This document shows positions 1 through 9,314 of a DNA stretch of 61,303 bases, in pieces. Within the stretch, counting starts at the first letter, position 1, and each line of letters begins with the position of its first letter. The notes beneath the pieces are model-generated. The model did not search any database. It was not told where the DNA came from and saw only the letters and a list, made by a program, of their open reading frames with translations. This DNA comes from Salinivirgaceae bacterium. Lineage in GTDB: Bacteria; Bacteroidota; Bacteroidia; Bacteroidales; SZUA-534. The stretch spans positions 1 to 61,303 of the forward strand of contig JAKSOL010000017.1 in the NCBI GenBank assembly GCA_024405635.1, given 5' to 3'. The position numbers and the translations under genes were made by a program.

Positions 1-293
1 CTGAGCAACTTAAGGCTTGCTCATTCACCTTTAATTGTTTGGTTTTTCCTTGCCATTTTCTCCAACCTTGTTGGACAATGGCTCTACATAGTTGGTACTG
101 TCTGTTTTTTGCATAAATGGTTTGCGCTACGCACCCTAGTAGCTGGTTAAAAATTTAAACAAGAGATATAAAAACAAAAAGCGTGGGTGGTTATAGCTTT
201 GCTTGCAAAAACAAACTCAGAATACCGTTTTCTGCTTTTTTACATCTGTCACTCAAGTTCATACTCAACTTGGCAGGTTGGTTTTGGGTTTTG

Positions 294-416
294 TATGAAG
301 AATGGTGATGCGTAAAAGTAGAAAATCGGTTTAGATATTTAGACGATTTACATATATTTTTATGCCATATATTTTTATGCCATATATTTTTATGCCATAT
401 ATTTTTATGATAAATA
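294..416 (-). repeat. Dispersed non-coding element copy 1: conserved promoter-like block plus 4 x 15-bp tandem array (CATATATTTTTATGC, 351-410)
   Basis: 294-364 aligns to 45721-45792 at about 60/72 nt by manual alignment. The 15-mer occurs 4 times. 396-416 is the exact reverse complement of 61226-61246. Confidence 0.85.
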
Positions 417-529
417 TTATATGTATGGACAATAAAAAGGAATGGATTTTAGAAACAAAGTGGACAAAGCAATAGTAGTCTTGTAGTTAATCGATGGGCG
501 CAGCCACAAACGCTCTTACATGGGCTTTG

Positions 530-1465
530 TTACCTACAACGTATTACTGCCATCTTCTGCTCTATCAACCTCTTATCTTCTGCTATTTGGGCTTTTAGTT
601 CATCGAGACTGGCAAAGCGCTTTTCGTTGCGTACGTATGCAACCAATTCCACCCTAATGCGCTGTCCGTAAAGGGTTTCATTAAAGTCGAAAATATTCAC
701 TTCAAGAGTCACTGGGTTATTGCTACCAATGGTTGGCCTATTACCAATGTTGAGCATACCATTGTACCACGTTTGCGCCACCATTACACGAACGGCATAT
801 ACTCCATGAGCTGGAATTGTTTTTTCTTGCGGTGCTGATATGTTAGCGGTTGGAAATCCAATTTTTGAACCTATTTGATTTCCCGCAACCACTTCGCCTT
901 CAATAAAATAGCTATAACCAAGTTGCACATTTGCTTGCTCCACGTTGCCACTTGCCAAAAGATTACGTATTTGTGTTGAACTGATAGGCTTTTGGCCATC
1001 GGTGAGTGCTGGCAATGCTTTTACTGTAAAGCCCAATTGGCGCGACAACTGCTCAACTGCCGCAAATGTTCCGCGGCCACCTTTGCCAAATTTGTTGTCG
1101 TAACCAAGCAAAAGAGTGTCGATATGCAGCATATCAACCAAATAACGCTTTACAAAAACATCGTATTCGGTTTGCGCAAATTCTTTAGTAAAAGGCAACT
1201 GAATTAAATGGTCAACTCCCATTTGTTCAAGCAATTGCGCTTGTTCGGCGGGTGTGGTAAGTAACCTGAAATTTTGGTTTTGGTCAAGCACCATAAGCGG
1301 ATGTTGCGAAAACGAAATAACCACACTTTGGCCTCCACAAAGTTTGGCGCTTTTACATAGTTCGTTCACAACCTGACAATGTCCACAATGTACTCCGTCA
1401 AACGAGCCAATAGTAGCAACTGCTTTGTTAATGTTTAGATTGTTGAACGATGTGTGTTTTTCCAC
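530..1465 (-). CDS. ribF: Bifunctional riboflavin kinase/FAD synthetase
   Basis: Motifs GSFDGVHCGH, ISSTQIR, GFPTAN and NIGNRPT. Start moved to GTG 1465 because a TACTTTTG -7 box sits at 1485-1492, inside the longer ORF. Confidence 0.95.
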   Translation of the reverse strand: MEKHTSFNNLNINKAVATIGSFDGVHCGHCQVVNELCKSAKLCGGQSVVISFSQHPLMVLDQNQNFRLLTTPAEQAQLLEQMGVDHLIQLPFTKEFAQTEYDVFVKRYLVDMLHIDTLLLGYDNKFGKGGRGTFAAVEQLSRQLGFTVKALPALTDGQKPISSTQIRNLLASGNVEQANVQLGYSYFIEGEVVAGNQIGSKIGFPTANISAPQEKTIPAHGVYAVRVMVAQTWYNGMLNIGNRPTIGSNNPVTLEVNIFDFNETLYGQRIRVELVAYVRNEKRFASLDELKAQIAEDKRLIEQKMAVIRCR

Positions 1466-1580
1466 TTTTCTGCAAAAATTTGGGCAAAAGTATGAGTTTT
1501 GATCAATTGCCAATCAATCTAAGCAATGGCAAAAACTTTGCCAACCCGTTTTTATGGTTCAAAAACGCCGAAAATAAATG

Positions 1581-2567
1581 TCAGCCTAGCAATTGTGCGT
1601 AATGCTCCAATTCGGCATCAAAATTCAAAATGGGCATTTCTTGTTGCAGTTTTGCTATTGCCGTTCGTTGCTGTTCAACAAAGTTCCTAAACGAATCGGT
1701 ATTTACATTAAGTGGACGATGCTGCACTGCACGCTCTATTTTCATTACCTGCTCCATTATTTGCTGGGTTTGCTGGTCAAAAAAAGAGGCCCTAAACTTG
1801 TCCCAAATGTAGTCAATGGCCACTGCCGAAGGATGCAACATATCTTCGTCATAAAACCTATAATCGCGCAAATCGTCAATCAGTATTTCATACGATGGAA
1901 AGTAAACCACATTGCTAAAAACTGAGCAAAGTCGGTCAATGGCTAGTAGCAAAATCGATTTGCTTAGTTGGTTTTCGTGTAAGCCATCGCGCAAATGCCT
2001 TATTGGGCTAACCGTAAAAATGAATCGCATGTTTGGCGAGATAGTTCGTAGTCGCTGAATAAGTTCAAAAAAAACATCGTAAATCTCGTCAACTGAAAGG
2101 CGTTCGCGTTCAAATTTTTTTGCATCTACTTTATGGCAATTAGCTACCACTTGGCCTGTTGAAAGTAACCTGTAAACAAACGAAGTGCCGAATGTTATAA
2201 CCATTACCGATGTGTTTTTAATCCATTGGCTAGCTTGCAGCAAACTATTATTCATTTGTTGCAAAGCATCGTCTATTTCTGGAGATGAAAAACTGCCATG
2301 AAAATTAAAATTTGACCACACACCTTGATTATAAAATAGCTCGTTAGGTTCTATTGGTCTGTTGTCGAGAATACGATTTATGGTTTGCGCAATCGATTCG
2401 GGATTAAACAATATTCCAAACGGGTTGAGCATTGCATTAAACTTAGCCATTGCCATTTCTTGACCAATGTTTTGGGCAAAACACGAACCAAAAAGCATAA
2501 TGTTATCAGAATAACTGATAGTACACTGCGATGGCTGCAATTGAACTTCGGTGCGAAACGATTTCAT
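1581..2567 (-). CDS. GSCFA domain-containing protein
   Basis: Motifs FGSCFAQN, NPFGILFNP, TVSPIRH and YFPSYE. TACATTTG -7 box at 2599-2606. Confidence 0.9.
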   Translation of the reverse strand: MKSFRTEVQLQPSQCTISYSDNIMLFGSCFAQNIGQEMAMAKFNAMLNPFGILFNPESIAQTINRILDNRPIEPNELFYNQGVWSNFNFHGSFSSPEIDDALQQMNNSLLQASQWIKNTSVMVITFGTSFVYRLLSTGQVVANCHKVDAKKFERERLSVDEIYDVFFELIQRLRTISPNMRFIFTVSPIRHLRDGLHENQLSKSILLLAIDRLCSVFSNVVYFPSYEILIDDLRDYRFYDEDMLHPSAVAIDYIWDKFRASFFDQQTQQIMEQVMKIERAVQHRPLNVNTDSFRNFVEQQRTAIAKLQQEMPILNFDAELEHYAQLLG

Positions 2568-2752
2568 TTGTTAAAATTCGATTTTTATTGAGCAAGAGCA
2601 AATGTAATGGTTGGCTTGCGGTTTGCTTTTTTAACACTAAGAAGAAATAAACACTTTAAGGTTTATATTGGTTTTAATGCTATGCATTTTTTCGCTGTAA
2701 CAACTGTTTATCAAATAGTTGCATCTAAAAACCTACAATAAACTTATGACAC

Positions 2753-2788
2753 AAAAAAAGCTCGCTACAATTACTTGTGCGAGCTTTT
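2753..2788 (-). terminator. Rho-independent terminator after plsX
   Basis: AAAAGCTCGC...GCGAGCTTTT stem with an A-run that reads as a U-tract on the minus strand. Confidence 0.7.
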
Positions 2789-2811
2789 GGTATTAAAAAA
2801 CAAACTTGTTC

Positions 2812-3756
2812 TTATTGGAATTTCTCGGCAACTTTTTGCCAAATTTGAGCTTCAATCACATTTTTGGTTTGCATAACCATAGCTTTTATAGCCTTAGCGT
2901 TTGAAACTCCGTGACCAATAATCACAGTTCCGTTTACACCCAAAACAGGTGTTCCGCCTAGATTTTCGTAATTGAACTTCTCAAAGAACTCGTTTGTATG
3001 TCCACTCTTTTTAATAATGTGATACAAACCTTCGGCCTCTTTCAACACAATGTTTCCAGTAAAGCCATCGGTAACAACCACATCGGCAGGGCAAACACCA
3101 AGCAACTGATGGCCTTCAACATTACCAACAAAGTTGAAGTTAGAATTGTCTTTCATCAATCCATAAGCCTCTTTAGCAACAAGGTTACCTTTTGACTCTT
3201 CGGCACCAATGTTAAGCAAAGCAACCTTAGGATTCTCAACGCCATAAAGTTGTTTAATGTAAATAGCACCAATTTGAGCAAATTGGCAAAGAACATCGGG
3301 GCGAACATCGGCATTCAAACCAATATCGAGCAACAAAGTGTGCTTGTCCTCAGCAAATTGAGGCATTTCGGTTGCAATGCAAGGACGAATAACACCTGGG
3401 ATTGATTTAATGGTAGCAGCTACGCCAACAAGCATAGCGCCAGTGCTTCCTGCACTTGCAAAACCATCAATCATTTTCTTATGCAACATACCAAAACCAA
3501 GAGTGATGCTTGAGTTTTGTTTTGCAGCAAAAGCTTTTACCGGGTGGTCGCCCATTTCAATAACCTCGGTAGCATTAACAATATCGAATACTTTTGGATC
3601 AACACCTTCGCGTTGACAAATTTCTTCAATCTTGTCTTGTGGGCCAAATAGCACCAACTTTACATCCTGTGGCAACTCTTTTAGTGCTGCAATAGCACCC
3701 ATCATTGTTGCCTCGGGAGCAAAGTCGCCACCCATTATGTCAAGTCCAATTCTCAT
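2812..3756 (-). CDS. plsX: Phosphate acyltransferase PlsX
   Basis: Motifs DIMGGDFAP, LLNIGAEESKGN and DGFTGN. Lies downstream of rpmF. Confidence 0.95.
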   Translation of the reverse strand: MRIGLDIMGGDFAPEATMMGAIAALKELPQDVKLVLFGPQDKIEEICQREGVDPKVFDIVNATEVIEMGDHPVKAFAAKQNSSITLGFGMLHKKMIDGFASAGSTGAMLVGVAATIKSIPGVIRPCIATEMPQFAEDKHTLLLDIGLNADVRPDVLCQFAQIGAIYIKQLYGVENPKVALLNIGAEESKGNLVAKEAYGLMKDNSNFNFVGNVEGHQLLGVCPADVVVTDGFTGNIVLKEAEGLYHIIKKSGHTNEFFEKFNYENLGGTPVLGVNGTVIIGHGVSNAKAIKAMVMQTKNVIEAQIWQKVAEKFQ

Positions 3757-3793
3757 TTTAAATACTTAAATGAAAAAAGATTGCTACTTAAAA

Positions 3794-3979
3794 TTAAGCA
3801 GCAACCTCTTTTTCAATTGCTAATTTACCACGATAAAAGCCGCACTCTGGGCATACGTGATGATACAAAACTGGTGCACCGCAGTTTGAGCAAGTTGCTA
3901 CGGTTGGAGCCACTGCTTTGTAGTGTGTTCTTCTTTTGCGACCTCTAGTAGTAGAGTGTCTGTGTTTAGGATGTGCCAT
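3794..3979 (-). CDS. rpmF: 50S ribosomal protein L32
   Basis: MAHPKHRHS..RKRRTHYK start and a CxxC...CxxC zinc ribbon. Confidence 0.97.
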   Translation of the reverse strand: MAHPKHRHSTTRGRKRRTHYKAVAPTVATCSNCGAPVLYHHVCPECGFYRGKLAIEKEVAA

Positions 3980-3991
3980 CTTAAATTTATT

Positions 3992-4510
3992 TTAGTTTAT
4001 TAAATCTTTCAATTTATCCCAACGGGGATCTATTTCTGTTGTTTTCTCTTCTTCATTTACTTTCATCGACTCCAATCGGTCAAGCATCTCTTTGTTACAA
4101 GTGCTATTTCCGTTTTCGTCGTCGGGGTGATATTTCTGAAATGGGATTGCCAAGCATATAAATTCATATATGTATTGGCTCACATTCAGCGACGATTCGC
4201 CTTCTGGAATCATTATCAATTCGCTCGACACTTCGCCTGTTTCAGTTCCATATTCAAAAAACAATGTTTCGTTGCTCTCAATGTTTAAATCAAACTCTTC
4301 GAGGCAACGATCGCAAGCAACGGTTACATAGCCTTTAAGGTTAAACTGAACCTCAACTCCACGACCGTGTTTGGTAACATTAAGCAATGCGTGAACATTG
4401 CCTTTGTTAACTTCAGCATTTTGAAATTGTTCAAAGAACTCGTTGGTAACATCGTACTCGTACTGATGTTGGCCAGGCTTTAAATCGTTGATTGGAATAA
4501 TGCAATCCAT
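3992..4510 (-). CDS. yceD: YceD/DUF177 family protein
   Basis: CDRCL and DPRWDKLK motifs, canonical position upstream of rpmF, TACCTTTG -7 box at 4527-4534. Confidence 0.9.
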   Translation of the reverse strand: MDCIIPINDLKPGQHQYEYDVTNEFFEQFQNAEVNKGNVHALLNVTKHGRGVEVQFNLKGYVTVACDRCLEEFDLNIESNETLFFEYGTETGEVSSELIMIPEGESSLNVSQYIYEFICLAIPFQKYHPDDENGNSTCNKEMLDRLESMKVNEEEKTTEIDPRWDKLKDLIN

Positions 4511-4634
4511 CTCAATAAAAATCGCGCAAAGGTAAAACTAAATATCCAAATACAAAATTGCTAACAACTTTTTGCACAATTGAACCTAATACTCATTTAA
4601 TAATGAGCGTTGTTAAGTCCATAAAAAGCTGGTA

Positions 4635-6632
4635 TTATTTACGGCGTTTAACTTTTGGTACATAATCGCGTCCTGTCAAACCAAAGTCGGTACGACGGTT
4701 TATTTGGTGGCAAATTTCGCGTTGTTCGTTGTCTTTCAAGTTGTTAATGAATTGTTCGGTAAGCACGTCGCCTTCTTTCAAGAATGGATAGATGCGAGCA
4801 ATAGCGCGATCGACCTCTTTTGGCATAGTTTCGCCATATCCTCGTGACGACAAACGTTCTTCGTCAATTCCGTATGTAATAAGGAAGTCAACAACTGATT
4901 TTGCGCGTTTTTTCGACAATTCGAGGTTTGCTTGGTCAGAGCCGCGGAAGTCGGTATGCGAACCAATCTCGATGGTGATGTTTGAGTTATCGTTTAGTAT
5001 TTCGACTAGAGCCTCAAGTGAAACCATTGAGCTAGGTAGCAGGTTCCATTTTCCAAATTCGTAAACAATTCCCGGCAAATCCATACGCGAATCGTCTGGA
5101 GCAAGGTTTATTTCAACTGGCAACTCGGTGCTACTTGTAAGTCCTTTGGTGCTTACTTTGTCTTTTGAATTTAAGAAACCGCCGCGTTTAACCACTATAC
5201 GATAGTCGGTGTTAGGGTTTAACTTGTATGTAAATGTTCCGTCGGTTTCGGTTTTTTGAGCAACGTTTGTTCCATCGCTACCAATTAGTGTAACGTCGGC
5301 TCCTGCTATAATTTCTTCGGTTTTTTTGTTTTTCACTACACCTTTAAGTGCAAACTCAATTGGAGGCAAAGCAAATAAATAAATATCGTCGCCACCTTTA
5401 CCTCCAGCACGGTTTGAGGTAAAGAAACCGCGTTCCATATCTTGTTGGAAAATTATGCCAAAGTCGTCGGCACAACTATTTATTGGGTATTTAAGGTTTT
5501 CTATTTTCCATTTATCGCCCAATTTGGTTGCACAGAAAATATCCAGGCCACCCATTCCTGGATGTCCGTTTGATGAGAAGTAAAGTGCGCCATCGGGGTG
5601 AATGTATGGGAACATTTCGTCGCCATCGGTATTTATTTCTGGACCAAGGTTTTCAGGTTTGCCCCAATCGGCATTTTTGTTTGGTCGGGTAACTTGCCAA
5701 ATATCTTTGCCTCCTTGACCACCTGGCATATCGGCAACAAAAAGCAATGTAAGTTCATCGGGGCTAATGGCAGGGTGACCAACTGAGATGGTGTCGTTTG
5801 CTAATTTAAGTTCTTTTGGTTCGCCCCACTCGGCACCGTCTTTAGTTGAAACGTAAATGCGGCAGCTAAGGTTTTTGTTTTTGTCTTCGCGGAAGCTTGT
5901 AAAATACAAGGTATTGCATTTAAGGTTTGTACATGGTGTACCTTCGTCAAACTCGGTGTTAATAGGTTCGGACAAAGCAACAGGTTCGCTCCATTTGCCT
6001 TTACGGTCGGCACGCGAACGGAAGATGTCGCTGAAGTATTCGCCGGTAACTCCACTTATTTTTCCACCAGTAACACCATCGCGCGACGAGGTAAACATAA
6101 TCATGTTGTAGTCGTCTTTTGCAAAAGCGGGAGCATAATCGCTATACTTTGAGTTTATGTAGTGCATATTTTCAACAGTGTAACGGGTTGGCGAGTTAAC
6201 CCACTCTATTGATTGTGCACAAGCCTCAATACGGTCGTCGGTGTGTTTGTCTGACGGATTTAGTTTTTTATATGTTTTGTATTCTTCAATAGCTTGAGTG
6301 TACTCGCCTGTTTGGCACAAAGCGTCGCCTAGCCACAAGTATGCACGAGCATCGGTTTCGCCTTTTTTAATGGCTTTGCGACACCATACTATAGTTTGGC
6401 GATTATCGTGTGCCATGTGGTAACACTCGGCAACACGGAAAGTGATAGCGTTTTTAACGTCTTTGTTCTTTGCTTTTGCAAAGGCATATTTATACTCGTC
6501 AATGGCCTCGTAGTACTTACCTGCCGCATAAGCTTTATCGGCCTTTGCTGTAACGCTTTTTTGTGCCGATACTCCGTAAACCGATGCCATAACAACAATC
6601 GCAACGGCAAAAATCTTTTTCATCATATTCAA
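4635..6632 (-). CDS. PorE-like OmpA-family peptidoglycan-binding protein (TPR + PD40 propeller + carboxypeptidase-regulatory-like + OmpA C-terminal domain)
   Basis: N-terminal TPR-like helices, PD40 repeats (INTDGDEMFP, LYFSSNGHPGMGGLDIF) and OmpA motif SHTDFRGS..NLELSKKRA..NRRT. Confidence 0.85.
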   Translation of the reverse strand: MNMMKKIFAVAIVVMASVYGVSAQKSVTAKADKAYAAGKYYEAIDEYKYAFAKAKNKDVKNAITFRVAECYHMAHDNRQTIVWCRKAIKKGETDARAYLWLGDALCQTGEYTQAIEEYKTYKKLNPSDKHTDDRIEACAQSIEWVNSPTRYTVENMHYINSKYSDYAPAFAKDDYNMIMFTSSRDGVTGGKISGVTGEYFSDIFRSRADRKGKWSEPVALSEPINTEFDEGTPCTNLKCNTLYFTSFREDKNKNLSCRIYVSTKDGAEWGEPKELKLANDTISVGHPAISPDELTLLFVADMPGGQGGKDIWQVTRPNKNADWGKPENLGPEINTDGDEMFPYIHPDGALYFSSNGHPGMGGLDIFCATKLGDKWKIENLKYPINSCADDFGIIFQQDMERGFFTSNRAGGKGGDDIYLFALPPIEFALKGVVKNKKTEEIIAGADVTLIGSDGTNVAQKTETDGTFTYKLNPNTDYRIVVKRGGFLNSKDKVSTKGLTSSTELPVEINLAPDDSRMDLPGIVYEFGKWNLLPSSMVSLEALVEILNDNSNITIEIGSHTDFRGSDQANLELSKKRAKSVVDFLITYGIDEERLSSRGYGETMPKEVDRAIARIYPFLKEGDVLTEQFINNLKDNEQREICHQINRRTDFGLTGRDYVPKVKRRK

Positions 6633-6783
6633 TCGTCTGAAAAATGTGGAAAATAGTTCCGCGCGAAAGTAAAGAAAAAACTTTTAACTGCTGATTGTTA
6701 GCACCATTACATTTCATTTAGACATTTATTGTTGTCAACATAACGAAAAATCGTTTGTAAGTTAGCCGCGCAAAATTGAGCTG

Positions 6784-7575
6784 ATGGGAAAACTTGAACG
6801 ATACTACAACAAATTTAACGAAGAAGGGCGACTGACTCGCCGCCACGGCATTGTAGAATTTGAAACAACAATGCACTTTGTTCGAAAAGAGATTGAAAAA
6901 CTACAAGTTGCCAACCCAAACCGCAAGATTGACATTTTGGACTGCGGGTGTGGAACTGGTAAATATAGCACTACCCTTTGGGAAGAAGGTCACAATGTTA
7001 CAGCAATGGACCTTGTGAGCCATAACGTAACGCAACTGAAAAAAAAGAACACTGGAGTGATTGCCATGCAAGGCAACGCAATAGACCTATCGCGGTTTAA
7101 CGACCAAACTTTTGATATTATTCTTTTGCTTGGTCCCATGTACCACCTTATTACCGAAATGGAACGCATAACTGCATTAAAAGAATCGGCACGTGTTGTT
7201 AGACCCGGTGGCTGCATTTTTGTGGCATATTGCATGAACGAATACAGTGTTATTACATACGGATTTAAAGAAGGTCACATGAGCGAAATAATACAAGCTG
7301 GCAAAATAGACCAATCGGCTGGGCGGTTAATAAGTACCGACGAGGAATTGTATTGGTATGCCCGACTTGAAGACACTGAATCGCTTGCCAAATCTGCATC
7401 TTTACAACGCAAATACATTTTCAGCGCCGATGGTGCAGCCAATTACATACGTAAAGAGTTGTCGGCAATGTCGCAAGAAATGTTTGACCATTTTATGCAA
7501 TACCACCTTGCTACATGCTTGCGTCCCGAACTAATGGGCGCAGGTTTTCACACCGTTGATGTACTGACCAAATAA
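6784..7575 (+). CDS. Class I SAM-dependent methyltransferase
   Basis: ILDCGCGTGKYS motif I and FDIILLLGPMYHL. Confidence 0.88.
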   Translation: MGKLERYYNKFNEEGRLTRRHGIVEFETTMHFVRKEIEKLQVANPNRKIDILDCGCGTGKYSTTLWEEGHNVTAMDLVSHNVTQLKKKNTGVIAMQGNAIDLSRFNDQTFDIILLLGPMYHLITEMERITALKESARVVRPGGCIFVAYCMNEYSVITYGFKEGHMSEIIQAGKIDQSAGRLISTDEELYWYARLEDTESLAKSASLQRKYIFSADGAANYIRKELSAMSQEMFDHFMQYHLATCLRPELMGAGFHTVDVLTK

Positions 7576-7604
7576 TTAAACCGCACTACTAAAAAGAACA
7601 AGAA

Positions 7605-8900
7605 ATGGAACGCAATCCAAAAATTCAATTTGCTTCGCCCGCCGAAATTCGTGCCTATCAAGAACAAAAGCTACAAGAAACCATAAAATACGTAGCCGAG
7701 CGTTCGCCTTTTTACAAGAGAATGTTTGAGCAAAACGGAATAGACCCCACAAGCATTCGCACTCTCGACGACTTGCAACGCATTCCAGTAACAACAAAAA
7801 ACGACCTTCAACAGTTTAACAACGATTTTCTGTGTGTTGATCCAATTGATGTAGCCGAGATAGTAACCACATCGGGCACACTAGGAAACCCTGTTTCGTT
7901 TTCGTTAACCGATGGCGACCTTAATCGATTGGCTTATAATGAATTCCTATCGTTTAGTACAACTGGTTGTTCACGTAGCGACATGATGCAACTAATGGTA
8001 ACACTTGATAAACGATTTATGGCAGGACTAGCCTACTACCTTGGTTGTCGCGAACTTGGAATGGGAGTGTGCCGCGTAGGCAATGGCATTCCCGAACTGC
8101 AATGGGACACCATTAACCGCATTAAAGCCACTTGCGCAATGTGTGTGCCATCGTTTCTGATTAAACTTATTGATTATGCCGAAGCTAACGGAATTGACTA
8201 CCACAACTCAACCCTAAAAAAATGTGTTTGCATTGGCGAGGCACTGCGCACTCCCGAAGGCGAATACAACACTTTGGGCAAAATAATCAGCAGCCGTTGG
8301 CCCGAGCTTAAACTTTACGACACATACGCCTCAACCGAAATGCAAGCATCGTTTACCGATTGCGAATACTTTAATGGAGGCCACGTTCCTGTAGATATTA
8401 TTATTGTTGAATTTCTTGACGAAAACAACCAACCTGTGGGTAACGGCGAAGCAGGAGAAGTTACTATAACCAGCATAGGTGTTGAAGGTATGCCACTTGT
8501 TCGTTTCAAAACTGGCGACATGGTTTACCACCACGACGAACCTTGTCCTTGTGGACGAAACACAACCCGACTAAGTTCTGTTATTGGCCGCAAAGGTCAA
8601 ATGATAAAATACAAAGGCACAACACTTTATCCACCTGCACTTTTTGATATACTTGATGGTATGAAAGATGTAAAAAACTACATTGTTGAAGTTTATACCA
8701 ACGAGATTGGCACCGACGAAATAAAAGTGCGTGTAGGCAGTTTACGTAACGATGACGGATTTGCCAAACAAATTAAAGACATGTTCAGGTCGAGAGTGCG
8801 CGTTGCTCCACAAGTAAGTTTTGAATCGCCAGAGTATATTGCTAAACTGCAAATGCCACCAGCCAGCCGTAAGGTTATAAAATTTGTAGATTTACGTTAA
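7605..8900 (+). CDS. Phenylacetate-CoA ligase family AMP-binding enzyme
   Basis: TTSGTLG P-loop, YASTE and PLVRFKTGD. Confidence 0.85.
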   Translation: MERNPKIQFASPAEIRAYQEQKLQETIKYVAERSPFYKRMFEQNGIDPTSIRTLDDLQRIPVTTKNDLQQFNNDFLCVDPIDVAEIVTTSGTLGNPVSFSLTDGDLNRLAYNEFLSFSTTGCSRSDMMQLMVTLDKRFMAGLAYYLGCRELGMGVCRVGNGIPELQWDTINRIKATCAMCVPSFLIKLIDYAEANGIDYHNSTLKKCVCIGEALRTPEGEYNTLGKIISSRWPELKLYDTYASTEMQASFTDCEYFNGGHVPVDIIIVEFLDENNQPVGNGEAGEVTITSIGVEGMPLVRFKTGDMVYHHDEPCPCGRNTTRLSSVIGRKGQMIKYKGTTLYPPALFDILDGMKDVKNYIVEVYTNEIGTDEIKVRVGSLRNDDGFAKQIKDMFRSRVRVAPQVSFESPEYIAKLQMPPASRKVIKFVDLR

Positions 8901-8954
8901 TACTATAAGTTTAATTGAACACTTTCAACTTACTGAAAACCAAATAATAAAAAC

Positions 8955-9131
8955 ATGAATCTACCAGAAGACCCAATGATGTTGTTTAGCGTTGTAAACA
9001 TGAAACTACGAGACCAATACTCATCACTTGACGAACTATGTCAACAAGAGGATATTGACAAAGACGAACTAATTGCAAAACTTGCAACTGTGGGATTTGA
9101 ATACAGCGAGGAAAACAACAAATTTTGGTAG
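8955..9131 (+). CDS. DUF4250 family small protein (58 aa, not in the ORF track)
   Basis: Manual translation MNLPEDPMMLFSVVNMKLRDQYSSLDELC...GFEYSEENNKFW matches the DUF4250 pattern. A-rich leader upstream, terminator downstream. Confidence 0.85.
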   Translation: MNLPEDPMMLFSVVNMKLRDQYSSLDELCQQEDIDKDELIAKLATVGFEYSEENNKFW

Positions 9132-9151
9132 CATACTACACTAAAATTTCC

Positions 9152-9190
9152 AAAGCCAGTAATCGTTTTTAGGTTGCTGGCTTTTTTATT
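9152..9190 (+). terminator. Rho-independent terminator
   Basis: AAAGCCAGTAATC...GGTTGCTGGCTTT stem followed by a T-run. Confidence 0.75.
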
Positions 9191-9314
9191 TCAAGCGGTA
9201 AGTCAAAACATTGTCACAAATTGATTTTTAGAATTTTACACACGGTTGTTGTTTTTATAAAATATAATTGTGTCTTTTACAAATAATCGTAAAACAACCA
9301 TTCATAATAGTACC

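Noticed and set aside
1-150. Open hydrophobic frame (LSNLRLAHSPLIVWFFLAIF...) that could be a truncated gene end; also small hairpins at 2-23 and 52-82
   Set aside because: There is no recognisable motif and T-rich DNA gives such frames by chance. It cannot be decided at the window edge.
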